From Octopus bimaculoides (taxonomy: Eukaryota): 64,000 bases of DNA. Each line of letters starts with the position of its first letter. Position 1 is the first letter of the stretch. The DNA is taken from assembly GCF_001194135.2 (NCBI RefSeq), contig NC_068981.1, forward strand, positions 11,999,672 through 12,063,671, given 5' to 3'. Below, one piece after another: positions 13,066 to 26,749 of the stretch. The notes under the pieces are model-generated. The model was not told the origin of the DNA, did not search any database, and was given only the letters and a program-made list of their open reading frames with translations. A program made the translations under genes and the position numbers.

Positions 13066-13120
13066 AATGAATGTATATGCCATATTTCGGGAGTTATTGG
13101 CTATTCACTAGCGCTCATAT
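13066..13120 (-). ncRNA. Degenerate hammerhead in the inverted arm of array B
   Basis: Minus strand tatgagcg CTAGTGA atagccaataactccc GAAA tatggcatata cattcatt: core scrambled and stem II lost, while GAAA and stem III are identical to the 13565 copy. Confidence 0.4.
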
Positions 13121-13564
13121 AATCGACACTTTCCTCCGAAGACATTGTTTATATAGCCACTGTATACAGTGGTGTTAAAATATTGGATATAACAATTTAC
13201 TTATTAAACGCATTTATGGAGCTAATATGTAAATAGTAAAGACTTGTAGGCACGTGGAATTTCGTTACGCAACCTTAATATACAATAAAGTATATTTAAT
13301 GTTGTGTGTATATTTAATGTGTTTTTTTATGGAATAAGCTTAACAAAATAATGTAAAGAGCAATGCTGACGCAGCAGGCTGTTGTGTTCACTCATAAAGA
13401 AATCACTTACTATACTTCCTTTTATATTATGTCTGCGTAACGAAATTTCACGTGACGACAAGTTTGTAATACTTACATACCAGCCCCAGGAATGTGTTTA
13501 ACGTGTAACTTTACACCGCTGTATGCGGTGGCTGTTTATGCAATAAGTTCTGTGGCAATAGTGG

Positions 13565-13627
13565 GTTGGATGAATGCTGATGAAGTGGAAACAAACACCG
13601 AAATATGGCATATACACTCATTACCAA
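13565..13627 (+). ncRNA. Type I hammerhead ribozyme motif in array B
   Basis: ttggatgaatg CTGATGA a-gtg gaaacaaa cac-c GAAA tat ggc ata T A cactcatt-a-ccaa: core at 13577-83, stem II gtg/cac (A.C at its base), near-palindromic stem III atatg-g-catat, ATA triplet ending at A13614, extended stem I with one mismatch and a bulge. Confidence 0.7.
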
Positions 13628-14409
13628 TTTTTGTCTTCGATGTCATTGTTTCTTTATATCTGACGTCTCGATATGAAACGTTGTACCAAAACCTCGGGGC
13701 TGGCTATAATTTCTGTAGAAATAAATTTGGCAAAATAATGTAAAGAGCATTAGGCTGTGCTTTTGATTCATAGAAATACTTAATATACATTAATGTCTGT
13801 TATGGTTGCATGACGATTTTTACACGTGACAAGTCTTTAATAGAAGTTGATAATGACTATGTTACTAGTGACGGAAGCCATGGTTGCTAGTAATGGTAGA
13901 AAACAGCAAAGTCTTCACTCACGATAGCATGTAAAATTTGCAGGGCAGAAGTTTTATTATAACAAATTTTTCCTTAGCTATCAACGAACCCTCTTTTCTT
14001 TCGAGACATATAATCTGTTTTCATATTTAGTAAATGATTCGTTTGCAACTCACGTCGGAAAAAATAGCTGTGTCTTCACTAATTAGGAACGTCAATAAGA
14101 AATCACAGAATCTCATTTTCCCGAAACGGCCTTTCAATAGAGAAATGCATCATCCGATGAAGGCGGAGAAATTCTGAATAGAGAAGGGAATAAATTAGAT
14201 TGTGGGGCATGAAAGTGAAAACTTAGCAATAATGATTATAGCACAAGCGATTTAATAAAGTACAAAGGCATACAAACAATTCACTGTTTCACGAGTTTGC
14301 ATGGGGTGACAGTATATTGCACTGCTAGACTCATCCCGCATTCATTATGGACATTTCGATACACTATACCTGCTTGCTGCAAAAATAACCTCCGCAATGA
14401 AATAACACA

Positions 14410-14742
14410 GAAAAGCAATGGCGCTCCGTCGGTTATGACGTCGAGGGTTCCAGTCGATGCGTTCAACGGATCAACTTGTTCGTGAAATGAATGTACAAGT
14501 GGCTGAGCATTCCACAGACACGTTTACCTTTATTGTAGTTCTCAGGGAGATTCAGCGTGATTCAGAATGTAACCAGACTGGTCCTCCGAAGTACAGATAC
14601 TGCTCATTTTTGTCAGAGGAATGGACTGGAGCAGCGTGAAATAAAGTGTCTTGCTCAAGGATACAATGCATCGCCGGGAATTGAAATGGTAACCTTATAA
14701 TTTTGAGCCGTATACCTTAACCATTAAGCCACGCGTCTTCAC
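14410..14742 (-). mobile_element. tRNA-derived SINE (same family body as 61365-61739)
   Basis: Minus-strand head tgtgaagacgcgtggcttaatggttaagg...atttcaattccc (A-box/B-box-like); the body gctccgtcggttatgacgtcgagggttccagt...gtggctgagcattccacagacacg is shared with the 61.4 kb copy. Confidence 0.85.
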
Positions 14743-17700
14743 ACATACAGCACTTTATCTACTGGTATTGTCAGTATCTGACACAAAGTTTCTGCATAAT
14801 TTTCAAAGTAAATCCTTTCGAAGTAAATCCTTTGAATCACATTCATAAGTATTAATCACAGATGAATATGATTCAGAACAACACCCACAATTATTGAAAT
14901 GTGTGATGTAGTGATTAAAATATTTCCCTTTGTTCCTATGCCCTATATAATACTGTGTAGTAACATGTATAAAAAAAATTTATATTGACAGATTTTCAGA
15001 AATAAATGTTATTTCTTGTAATTAAAAAAAAGCAACAAAAACAAAATAAAAAAAACAACTTCACGACTACATCCCCTCGAAACAATTTTTTTTTTTTTAT
15101 ACCATAACAGTTGGTTACATATTTTAGTAGAGAGAACCTTCGATAGCATAGATTCCAACTACGAGATATTTTCACGACGAGGAAGGACGAAAGGCAAGTT
15201 CATATAGAAAATGTATATGAGGTTTAAAAAACTTACCTGAATATGTCAGAGAATATCAACAGTTGACTAAGACCTCAGTTTTTCTTCATCGATACTCAGC
15301 TTGGAATAAGCAACAACTAAAACGCCAAATTGTTATTAAATCCAACAAGTCATCTAGGTTCTTACTTAACTGACTAACAATAACAGACAAAACTTAATTC
15401 TGCTCTAGCTTCGTTAAAATATGGACACTTAACCGAATACCGCTTAGAATATGTAGAAGGTAAACCTGGAGACAATAACTAAAAAACAACAAAAACGAAG
15501 CTAACATCAACTGCAAGTAAATAATACACATTGGCTTACATAGTTTTACAGGGAAATTACGAACTGTTCAAAATCTATTTACTATTCTTTATATATCATA
15601 TTCTACAAAGATGGATTAAAATAAAAAAAATGTATTCTTGAAAGACTGCCAAATATATATAAAAAATACAGATTATTAGATTCCTGTTGTGTTTGAGCAA
15701 TAAGATCTATTAGTTTTCACTTGACATCTTGAAAAAATAGCAATAATTTTTGTATACACCGTATCAAGTGGATATTAATACTACATTTATATATTAAATT
15801 CTACATATTTATTATATTCTTTACCTCAAATATATCATGAAACGAATAAATACGTTGAATTATTTGCGTTTACTGTAGTCATGACTTGGCAAGTAGAAAT
15901 ACTTTCCGTGAAGCCATTGTTCGTTTTAATATAAACCAAACTCACCTGACAGCCAGTTTGTTTGCATCGAACTCTTTATAAAGTAATTGTCTTGAATTAT
16001 AACTCCAGAACCAGCGCTTTGATTCATGTGTCTAATATTAAGATATCTATATTTAAAAGTGAATTCACACCATTTCTATTATGTTGTATCAACAATTTTA
16101 ATGTACTGTGTATTGATTTCATAACGTTAGCTAAATTGCAATCTACAGTATTTTATATACACAGCCATGTAGAATACCCACATTTATCTGTAAGATTATG
16201 TATATATGCTAAAGACATATGCATGCATGTATACTTACACACATCCATGAATACATGCATACATACCAGCGCCATCTTCTGTACATACACCCACGCACAC
16301 ATACATTTATATAGAAAACCTCATAAATTAAGCAAATTGTAGAATATAAGTTAGGTTTCTTTAGACAGTATGAATAATACCAATTTTGTCTCCAAGACAT
16401 TATTATATTTACGTTAATGTTCCATAAATCATTTTCCTGCCTTAGCTCATGAATAACGCTTTCTAATGTAAATAATAATCAATCCTGCGCATACTGTATC
16501 TACACACACTCACGTACACACACAAAGTATTCTGCGTGTGCTTGTATATACGCATGACTATATACCTAATTACACATGCACACATTTATACATCAAAATG
16601 TTAATACACACACTCACATATATATATACACATATACCTGTATTAAATATACATATACATATATTTAATGTAAATATGTATGTATATATATATATATATA
16701 TATNNNNNNNNNNNNNNNNNNNNNNNNNNNNNNNNNNNNNNNNNNNNNNNNNNNNNNNNNNNNNNNNNNNNNNNNNNNNNNNNNNNNNNNNNNNNNNNNN
16801 NNNNNNNNNNNNNNNNNNNNNNNNNNNNNNNNNNNNNNNNNNNNNNNNNNNNNNNNNNNNNNNNNNNNNNNNNNNNNNNNNNNNNNNNNNNNNNNNNNNN
16901 NNNNNNNNNNNNNNNNNNNNNNNNNNNNNNNNNNNNNNNNNNNNNNNNNNNNNNNNNNNNNNNNNNNNNNNNNNNNNNNNNNNNNNNNNNNNNNNNNNNN
17001 NNNNNNNNNNNNNNNNNNNNNNNNNNNNNNNNNNNNNNNNNNNNNNNNNNNNNNNNNNNNNNNNNNNNNNNNNNNNNNNNNNNNNNNNNNNNNNNNNNNN
17101 NNNNNNNNNNNNNNNNNNNNNNNNNNNNNNNNNNNNNNNNNNNNNNNNNNNNNNNNNNNNNNNNNNNNNNNNNNNNNNNNNNNNNNNNNNNNNNNNNNNN
17201 NNNNNNNNNNNNNNNNNNNNNNNNNNNNNNNATATATATATATATGTATACGTCTATATAAATAAGGCTGGGTATACGTGCTTATAGGTATGTGTGCATG
17301 TTGGATGTTGGTATGTGAGTGCAATTTAGCATTCATGTGTGCATCTATGTGTATTTGTGTGTTTGTGCGTGTGTGTGTGTGTGTGTATGTGCGTGTGTGT
17401 GTGTGTGCGTATGAGAGAGAGACACGGAGAGACAGATAATGAGCGCTCGCTTGCCTGTATTAATGCACATTAAACTTTGCCGAATATAAACTGTAATAGA
17501 GTTTTCCTGAAATAGATATCTTTCCCAATTTCACTTACAAGACACACTCACACTCACACACACACACATCGACGTTTGCATTGATACACATATCTATCTT
17601 GCAATATATTATATCTATGCGCTTATATACGATGACTTTATTATCGTACATGCTTACTTGAAAATACATAGAATTATAACGCAATCAAAGGAAAGAACAT

Positions 17701-20700
17701 TCATTTTCTTCTGAATGGATATCTTTGGCTTTAGCACTTACATTATTTCTGCTGTTGATATTATTAGTAGTAGAAACATATATTTGAAATTGATCTTTTC
17801 GTTATGCATGTTATCTGGTAGTTACGTTTAAATTACCATGGTCCTGTGTTGTAGCCAATTTCTCAGAATTCAGTTTATCTTGAAGAATGATACACCTAGG
17901 ATATTTTCCTGGTGTTACGTAATTCTCAAAAGATGGTGTTCGATTCCGCAGCGACCAATCTGAGGTACCAAACATTTTACGTAGGCAAGCGTTCTATAAT
18001 TGGAATATTTTTATGATGCAGTTCCGTCAAATACACGCAATACACGTACAAAACCACACATAGCACATGTACACACAAATTGCGTGAATAGAGGAGGTAA
18101 AATTGAGCCTACATAGGTTTCCTAGCTAGCAGAACCTCAGAAGTAGTAATTACGCAATGTCGAATATCCCTTCGTTAAATGAAAGTTACATTGTCGTCCA
18201 GGTGCACCAAGTTAACAAGCAGGAGATTTGATCAAATTATCATATATAGCGACAACAGTTGCTAACCGGCAACTATAAGATAACTTTCTTCAGCTTCTCT
18301 AAGTCACTTATGATAAAAATTTACAGCCTTTCACGCCAATGAACCAATAATGTTCTTGACAGTTTTTTTTTATACCTTCTACGGAATGGTCGCTGTTCAC
18401 CAGCTTCTTACACCTGGGGCCTTGGGTCTTACCTGTACATAATTATATACATACACACACACACACACACACACATATATGTATGTATGTATGCATGTAT
18501 GTATGTATATGGAATATATATGTAGANNNNNNNNNNNNNNNNNNNNNNNNNNNNNNNNNNNNNNNNNNNNNNNNNNNNNNNNNNNNNNNNNNNNNNNNNN
18601 NNNNNNNNNNNNNNNNNNNNNNNNNNNNNNNNNNNNNNNNNNNNNNNNNNNNNNNNNNNNNNNNNNNNNNNNNNNNNNNNNNNNNNNNNNNNNNNNNNNN
18701 NNNNNNNNNNNNNNNNNNNNNNNNNNNNNNNNNNNNNNNNNNNNNNNNNNNNNNNNNNNNNNNNNNNNNNNNNNNNNNNNNTATATATATATATATATAT
18801 ATTTAGACATATGTACTCTTTCTCTTTGCACCAGTTTGATCACGTGAAAAATAAGAACAATCCCATTGCTAGTACACCACTCTTTGCCTCGGCAGCCATA
18901 TTTCGTATGTTCCCCTGGGTCGAGTCTAAGAGGACTTGGGTCTCTATTTAACTAACTGTTCATGATAACATAGAAACAGAAATCTATGAACGAATATACG
19001 GCATATATTAATACATCCTGCTCACTTGTGAGTGACTTGTTAATGTCATATATATAGATGTATATTGCTAGATACGCACATATACAATCATAGATTAACG
19101 AACACATATTCACCCTCACACACACATGTATATACATATACATACGTACATGCATACACATATATACATATATGTATATATAACTGTAAACGTCTCAAAG
19201 ATGCTTACACGCACACACGCGTGCATATATGCATATATATATATATGTGTGTGTGTGTGTGAGTGTGTGTGTGTAGGTATATATATATATATATATATAT
19301 ATGTTGATATTTATATGTCTCATTCCCTGAGACTTTTACCGTTGAAAATCCAATGCGGAAAAATCATTCATTGACCCATTAAAACATGTGAGTAACGATG
19401 CCATTGTCCACCAATTACTATCTAATATCAAATAAATCGAAATTCGTCTCGATATATAGTGAGAGTTTTATTCTTTGCAGAAGGTCAGTAAAATGTCACA
19501 TTCGCTTAATAGTTTAGTCTATAAATCCTGTTAATACATTGCCACGAAATCTTATGCCAGAAATATTAAAGTTAAAGAGAAGAGAATTACTAAACACTGC
19601 AGATATTTAAATAAATGCGCATGGAATTCTTTGATTCCAAATATAGTTTGCTGTGTACATATGTAAGACATTATTTAGTTTAGCCGTGATTAAAGTTAAT
19701 GGTGTGTCGTTTCATTTCGAAATTGTTTTATGCTTCAATGCAAACCAATAAAAAGAAGTGGAACCGTAATCATTACGAACAACCGTTCCCTCCTGATTTA
19801 GAAAAACGATAAGGTCACAATGTCTTTTCATTCAATTTAAGTACATGCAATACCTAATCTCTTGCAAAACGTACATTTTAAGTGTCTTGATATCTACGTA
19901 TTTTGGGTATAGCATTTAATAGCATAATAGAAAATATATAGTTAAATCCCTATGGATATCAGCATCTAGGAAATGATGCATGAGGAAATTAGTATAAAAG
20001 GAGACTGGAAAGAGAGATGAAACTGAAAGTAAACTTCAGAACTAGAAATTCCAAACTCCCAAAATCACATCAACATTTTATTCATTATAAAGGAAAGTGA
20101 GGAATACGATTTATGTTTTATACATTAGAATAACTAAAATGGGTGGAAAGTCGTCTATGAAGGATTACAGAGGGTGAGAATATATATATTATGAAATAAT
20201 GAGATGGTAAGGAAAATACGTCGATTTCTGAAAACACTAAGATATAAACGCCAAGAGGATCGAATGGAGACCTAATGACGTTTCAGAATATAATTGTAGT
20301 AAAACTATTTGTAGCAACTCACCGATTATTGTGGGGGTGAAATGAAATTATCACATGGGGCCACAGGGTGTCTACGATCGAGTAAACCATAATGCAGAAG
20401 GAAACCACTTTCGCGCTTCAAGGCGAATTTCAACAGTTGAACCATTGCTAAATAGGCAGATGTCTGGAATTAGTTTCTCACACTTGGTAACATCCATATT
20501 CTCCTGCGAGACATTCACAACCTGAGAGAAAACAAAATTAGTCGAGGTTGAATCCGTTGACAATTACAAAATAAAGTAAAAACTAGTAATGGATGCGAAC
20601 GAAGAGTGCTAATTAAATTCGGACGCAGATGTGATATTCTCTTATGGCATTCGAAGTAAATTTTAATATCACCCTCATCCCGTTTCCGAGACAAAGTGAC

Positions 20701-20894
20701 GAGGCCGGTTATAGTGGTAGTGAAAATATTGTATCTGGCTCCAAATGATTGTATGCTTATATGGTTAATGTTTCATACTTCAAGAGAATTGGACGAAACA
20801 CGCGTAAAATCTCACGTATATACGAATACAAAACCATATATGTGTGTGAGCGTATACAACAATATAAGTGCATATGTGCGTATAGACATATATA

Positions 20895-20949
<55 letters not shown>

Positions 20950-22272
20950 NNNNNNNNNNNNNNNNNNNNNNNNNNNNNNNNNNNNNNNNNNNNNNNNNNN
21001 NNNNNNNNNNNNNNNNNNNNNNNNNNNNNNNNNNNNNNNNNNNNNNNNNNNNNNNNNNNNNNNNNNNNNNNNNNNNNNNNNNNNNNNNNNNNNNNNNNNN
21101 NNNNNNNNNNNNNNNNNNNNNNNNNNNNNNNNNNNNNNNNNNNNNNNNNNNNNNNNNNNNNNNNNNNNNNNNNNNNNNNNNNNNNNNNNNNNNNNNNNNN
21201 NNNNNNNNNNNNNNNNNNNNNNNNNNNNNNNNNNNNNNNNNNNNNNNNNNNNNNNNNNNNNNNNNNNNNNNNNNNNNNNNNNNNNNNNNNNNNNNNNNNN
21301 NNNNNNNNNNNNNNNNNNNNNNNNNNNNNNNNNNNNNNNNNNNNNNNNNNNNNNNNNNNNNNNNNNNNNNNNNNNNNNNNNNNNNNNNNNNNNNNNNNNN
21401 NNNNNNNNNNNNNNNNNNNNNNNNNNNNNNNNNNNNNNNNNNNNNNNNNNNNNNNNNNNNNNNNNNNNNNNNNNNNNNNNNNNNNNNNNNNNNNNNNNNN
21501 NNNNNNNNNNNNNNNNNNNNNNNNNNNNNNNNNNNNNNNNNNNNNNNNNNNNNNNNNNNNNNNNNNNNNNNNNNNNNNNNNNNNNNNNNNNNNNNNNNNN
21601 NNNNNNNNNNNNNNNNNNNNNNNNNNNNNNNNNNNNNNNNNNNNNNNNNNNNNNNNNNNNNNNNNNNNNNNNNNNNNNNNNNNNNNNNNNNNTGCATATG
21701 TGCGTATAGACATATATATGTGTGTGTGTGTGTATATATATATATAAGTATATGTATATTTTTATATGTATATGTATGTATGTATAAAAACATAATTAAA
21801 TATTACTCACCTCATTCAGGGATTGCAAAATCCTATGAAAGTACTGCTTGATTTACTTTAATAGGAGTATTAAACATTAGATTGAATACTCCATTGCAAT
21901 GTAACTATATACACCGTGGTTTATATATACCTTATTTATTATAATTTTAAGATGAGAGAATAGAAAGGTAATTAATAATGTATTATTTGTTAATTAAAAA
22001 TGACAAACATCCCTTACATCTGTTTCAATTCAGGTTCTCAGAATTTAAATTAATTAGATTAAAAATTATTTGTAATTCGAATCTCTTGAGAGAAAGATAA
22101 AGGTATGCATAGTAGGTGTTCAATTTCCTTATATTTTATTAAATTGCTGCAAGCCGGCACACACACATATATAAATGAATATATGTATGGGTATGTGTGT
22201 CTTTCTGTTTATTATCTCTGTACCCTCTTTCTCGCTCTCCCCCTCCTTCTCTATACACACACACACACACAC

Positions 22273-22336
<64 letters not shown>

Positions 22337-22848
22337 NNNNNNNNNNTGGAATTGGTTCCCGAAAGACATAAATGCTATAAATTACAGCATCTACATTCCG
22401 GGTTGAAAAACCCTGTTCGGTAGAAAAAGTTAAAGCCTGCTCGTGGGACGCAAATTTGCATTTGTAAACACAATAGTCATTGCACCCTTCTACCTCTCCA
22501 ATCGAACCTGAATTTTGAACCCAATATTTATATGTTATTTATAGATTTCATGTACTTCGGGAACCAGTTATAATTATATATTTATAAGTGTTTATGTGTG
22601 TGTGTGTGTGTGTGTGTATGTGTGTGTGTGTGCGCGCGCGCACGTTTGTGTGTGTGTGTGCGTTTTTGTGTGTGTGTGGGTGCGTGTGTAACCGCGTGTA
22701 CCATTCATTTCTATCGTTACTCTCCTTTTATGCCGTTTGGCTTCAGAAACGAAGAAATTATCTTTTCTAATGTTCGTGTAACAACTTCGTCGACAACAAG
22801 TCTTGAGTTTCTTGTCGAGTTTACAGTTCCACAAGCATCACGCGTGCG

Positions 22849-22937
<89 letters not shown>

Positions 22938-24584
22938 ACAAGCAAACAAACACGCACACACGCGTATGTATACATATATGCAATTCCAGTCATGTGGAAA
23001 CATATTTAATAGAGTACATCCGTTAAAAATTGAATAAATTCATTTGCACCACTGTGTAATAAATTTCAAATCGTGGCTTATATTATTAATAAATGAGATT
23101 TTGCAGACGTTTTGCACGCCATTGGTTGGTATCACGAAGAAATCATACAGAAGTGCGGAACACAATCTTATGAATGAATCAATTTCTTATAATCTAAACT
23201 ACTTCGAGTTTCTATTTCCTCTCTTTGTGAACAAGATAAATAACTATTTACACTTTTCTAAGAATGAATATATCCGCTCCTTATGCCTTGTGGGCTGTTT
23301 TCCTTGTTCCATTAATAAAATGAATGCCATTCATTCATAATTAATAAATGATTTTCTTCATTATGTTAATAATAAAATTAATCTTAATACTAGAAATGAA
23401 AAGGCCGATCACTATAAGCATAAATACGATGACGACGATAAAAAAACGGGGAATAATGATGATATTCACAATTACGATGATGGTGATAATTAATTATGTT
23501 GCAGAACCTCATCGTAAATATGGTTTTATACGAACCAATATTATCATTTTACATTAATTACCTAAAGTAATTCGAAAATCATCTAATTCAATGGACAAAC
23601 AGGATCAAATGCGAAATAATTACTTTCATTTTGTGATATTCCAAAAGTCATCCTCAGCTTTGACGACAACAATACGAGTGGCGAAACATGAATTCTGTTT
23701 ATAAACTTAGGGGCTTTTAGTTATGAATTTAATTACATCTTGAACTCGTCAAACAAGCCAGAGCTCGCTTGACGAGTTTGAACTCGTCAAGCAAGCCATA
23801 GATAATGAATATGGAACCATATGTATGCATATAGATGCGCAAACATACACTGCATCAACATATACACATGTATTTGTATGTACTGAAGGTAGAGACAATA
23901 TGTAAGTTAAAATTGGGAATCGTAACAAGATGTCTATCACGTCTATCAAGATGTCTATCACGGGAATGAATTATTATTAAGTAAACGATACTTAATATAT
24001 TAAAATCTTCTAATAAATGTATTCTAACGACATACTATATACAGATATATATGTGTGAGTGTGTGTTTGTGTATGTGTGAGTGTGCGTTTTTGTAAGTGT
24101 ATGTGAGTATATATGTATTTATGTGTGTGTATGTACGTATTCATGCGATTTTTACACAGACTCGTTATGATTTGCTATTTTCTAAAACGCTTAACCAACA
24201 TGCAAACTAATTTAAATTTATCCAAGAAATGGGGAGTGGTCTATATATAGAGTTTATTCTATTCTCTCTTATTTTATTTCTGTTCTACTTTTATTTATCT
24301 ACTTTATTTTTATCAGATTTATTTGCTATTTTATAGCTTATATTTCTATTTCTATTTTATTTAAATTTTATATTACATTATTTTATTCTACCTTATTAAT
24401 ACCTTATTATTATATTTAAATTAATCCGTTATCCTTCACGAACGCACATAAATGAAAGTAAAATAACTTCATACCTGCCAGTATGCACTAAGGGATCAAC
24501 ATGTAATCGTGTTATATCGCACGTTTGGATGACCTTTATTGAACTCTCTCTTCCAAGGATTCGACTCAACCGACGGCTCCATCA

Positions 24585-24662
24585 CGCTCTTCCGCTCTTC
24601 CGCTCTTCCGCTCTTCCACTCTTCCGCTCTTCTACTCTTCCGCTCTAGCGCTCTCCCGCTCT
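24585..24662. repeat. 8-bp minisatellite (CGCTCTTC)n, about 9-10 units
   Basis: cgctcttc cgctcttc cgctcttc cgctcttc cactcttc cgctcttc tactcttc cgctctag cgctctcc cgctct. Confidence 0.9.
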
Positions 24663-24940
24663 GCTCGACGCTTTTCGTCTAGCTATTTATACGCATTGGA
24701 CTAGCCTACTTATTACCTGGGGGCGTGCACAGAAAAAACCGTTTGTTGTATATCATTTTCCACGATGACTTTTTGTTTATAACTTATAAATGCAAATTTA
24801 AACCATAATTTTGTAATTTATCTAATAAACTCAATTGAAACAACTGTAGGAAGAATGAATTATCATTCTGTTTATAAATAATTATTAAGTTTCAACTTTA
24901 CATTTTATTTTCTGCCAATAAGTGAATACGGATTATATGC

Positions 24941-24978
<38 letters not shown>

Positions 24979-25796
24979 CACATATATATATACAGCAACA
25001 TTTTTTGCCACTATGACATGACTGTTCTAAAAGAACTCCGTTAATACAGTTCAACCCCAGGAAAACGTCATTTCCAGATCCATAACGACACACAAACTGT
25101 GTCCTATATACTGTACGTAAGGGAGCTAATGACTCCCCGCCAGCTTGGCAAGACCAGCAAACTATGGTGTCTGGATCTTTTCCTTTCCTCGATAGTGAAC
25201 ACCTGCATGCTAGAGATAACAGTCAATTGCCCTTCCTCACAATATATATATATANNNNNNNNNNNNNNNNNNNNNNNNNNNNNNNNNNNNNNNNNNNNNN
25301 NNNNNNNNNNNTATATATTAGGGATAAAAATCCAAATTTACAGGTAAAAACGCAATTAAATTCAATTTATCAAAACTTTCACAGTTTATAATATATAAAT
25401 ATATAATTTAGAGAAAAGAACCAAAGTTCATGAACTCATCCATGAAAATGCACAGTCACATATAGAAAAAAAAATTAAATACACTAAAAAGAAGTATAAT
25501 AAGATACAAAGTAAAAATCATAAAATAATAATAATAAAACGACTACACGTGTTTCATAACCAAATTTTCAATTAAAAAATAAAATATAATCAAATCGATT
25601 GAATCGATCGAAAATCAATTTTGTTCAAAAATATATCTCATCTTCAGGTCAAAATACAACAACAATAATAATAATATGAATGTATATATCAACCAACAAT
25701 AAATAACAAATGAATATATATACAAATACTTAATATTTCAAGATGGAAAAATGTTAAACAATATTATTAAAAAGAAATGCAATACTAATCTTATCG

Positions 25797-26014
25797 AAAA
25801 TTATAAACGTGATGTTATTAACTTTACGTTTATTAGAATATAAACTAACAGAAATATTAGATACACATCTTATCTTAACGGATCTTTCGTTTAAAATACA
25901 ATTTAAACGAAGTTTTAGGTTAAACTAAAATTATAAACGTAATATAATTAACTTTAATTTTAATATAAACTAACAAAAAATAATTTATAAACGAAAGATT
26001 CGTTAAGATAAGAT
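25797..26014. repeat. Interleaved direct (about 57 bp) and inverted (27 bp) repeats
   Basis: aaaattataaacgt...taactt...aatataaactaaca at about 25797 and 25927. atcttatcttaacggatctttcgttta (25867-93) versus taaacgaaagattcgttaagataagat (25988-26014), 1 mismatch. Confidence 0.8.
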
Positions 26015-26038
26015 TTACATTTAATATTATGAGTAACA

Positions 26039-26258
26039 ATGAAAACACAAAATATTGTGAATAGCGGTGGTAATGAAAATGAAACACTGGATGTTAACAG
26101 TGTTACACCCCGCAGGCTCAGAGATACTGGTCCAACTCCAGCCTGTCGCTATCCAACAACGGACCAGCACACACAGCGTAAATGGAACAAAAAAAATCAA
26201 TGCTGTGGTTATGGTGTGTTACAATCTGAGCAACCCCATCTTAAGGGAGAAGTGTTAA
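26039..26258 (+). mobile_element. Probable N-terminal ORF fragment of an R4/Dong-like LINE
   Basis: With one frameshift reads TQRKWNKK-INAVVMVCYNLSNP, resembling the R-x-KW-x4-N-x3-M-x-CY-x2-S-x-P motif I recall near the N-terminus of R4/Dong ORFs. Confidence 0.55.
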
Positions 26259-26749
26259 ATAATCAGTTTCAAAGATATTTTCATTTGGTTCTCGTTTATT
26301 TTTCTGATACGTTTAATATGTTCATATTATTATTAGCAGGAATTTAGTTCTAAATTTGTTAAATAGTTTATCGGCCAGAAAGACATCACACGAATTAAAG
26401 CACGTATCTATTTTATTGAAACTAAACTAAAGAAACCATTAGATTTATAACTTAAGGTCATTATGGAGGAAAGCAACGTCTTGTATCCTTATAACAAGAA
26501 CCTTAAAATACAAGAAGTGTATATGAGAGTAAGTGACATAGCTTCCAGAAGTCACTGTATCCACTAGCTAAAATCGGCAAAAAATCCAAGTTTTTATAAC
26601 TCTCCATAGCAGTTTCTAGAAGCGTTCTGAAATATCTTTTAGACTATTTATGGCTAAAACCTTGACAGATTTCGGTTCAAATCCTTTCAAACAATGAGAG
26701 AATTTTCTAAACTTTGTTTAAAACAAAGCCACCAAAACAAACAGATTTC

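Larger units (their letters stand above)
12948..13845. repeat. Hammerhead-containing repeat array B: inverted arm of about 340 bp, one full 387-bp unit and a partial tandem unit
   Basis: 12948-13296 is the reverse complement of about 13409-13740 (shared ccgaaatatggcatatacayt, atgaaacgttgta, atttctgtrgaaataaattt). caaaataatgtaaagagca recurs at 13344 and 13731 (period 387) with similarity to about 13845. Confidence 0.9.

Noticed and set aside
20372-20517. Possible minus-strand exon after acceptor ttttctctcag, reading CECLAGEYGCYQ or the track ORF
   Set aside because: The EGF-like frame stops after 14 codons with only a weak donor, and the other frame resembles nothing; no supporting neighbouring exons.
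23740-23798. Small direct and inverted repeat ttgaactcgtcaa/ttgacgagtt
   Set aside because: Too short to assign; no TSD or second copy in the window.
24990-25202. Cys-rich minus-strand frame (CSLSRKGKDPDTIVCWSCQ...SCHSGKKCCC)
   Set aside because: It has an acceptor-like site but no donor before it runs into a (TA)n tract, and no recognisable domain spacing.
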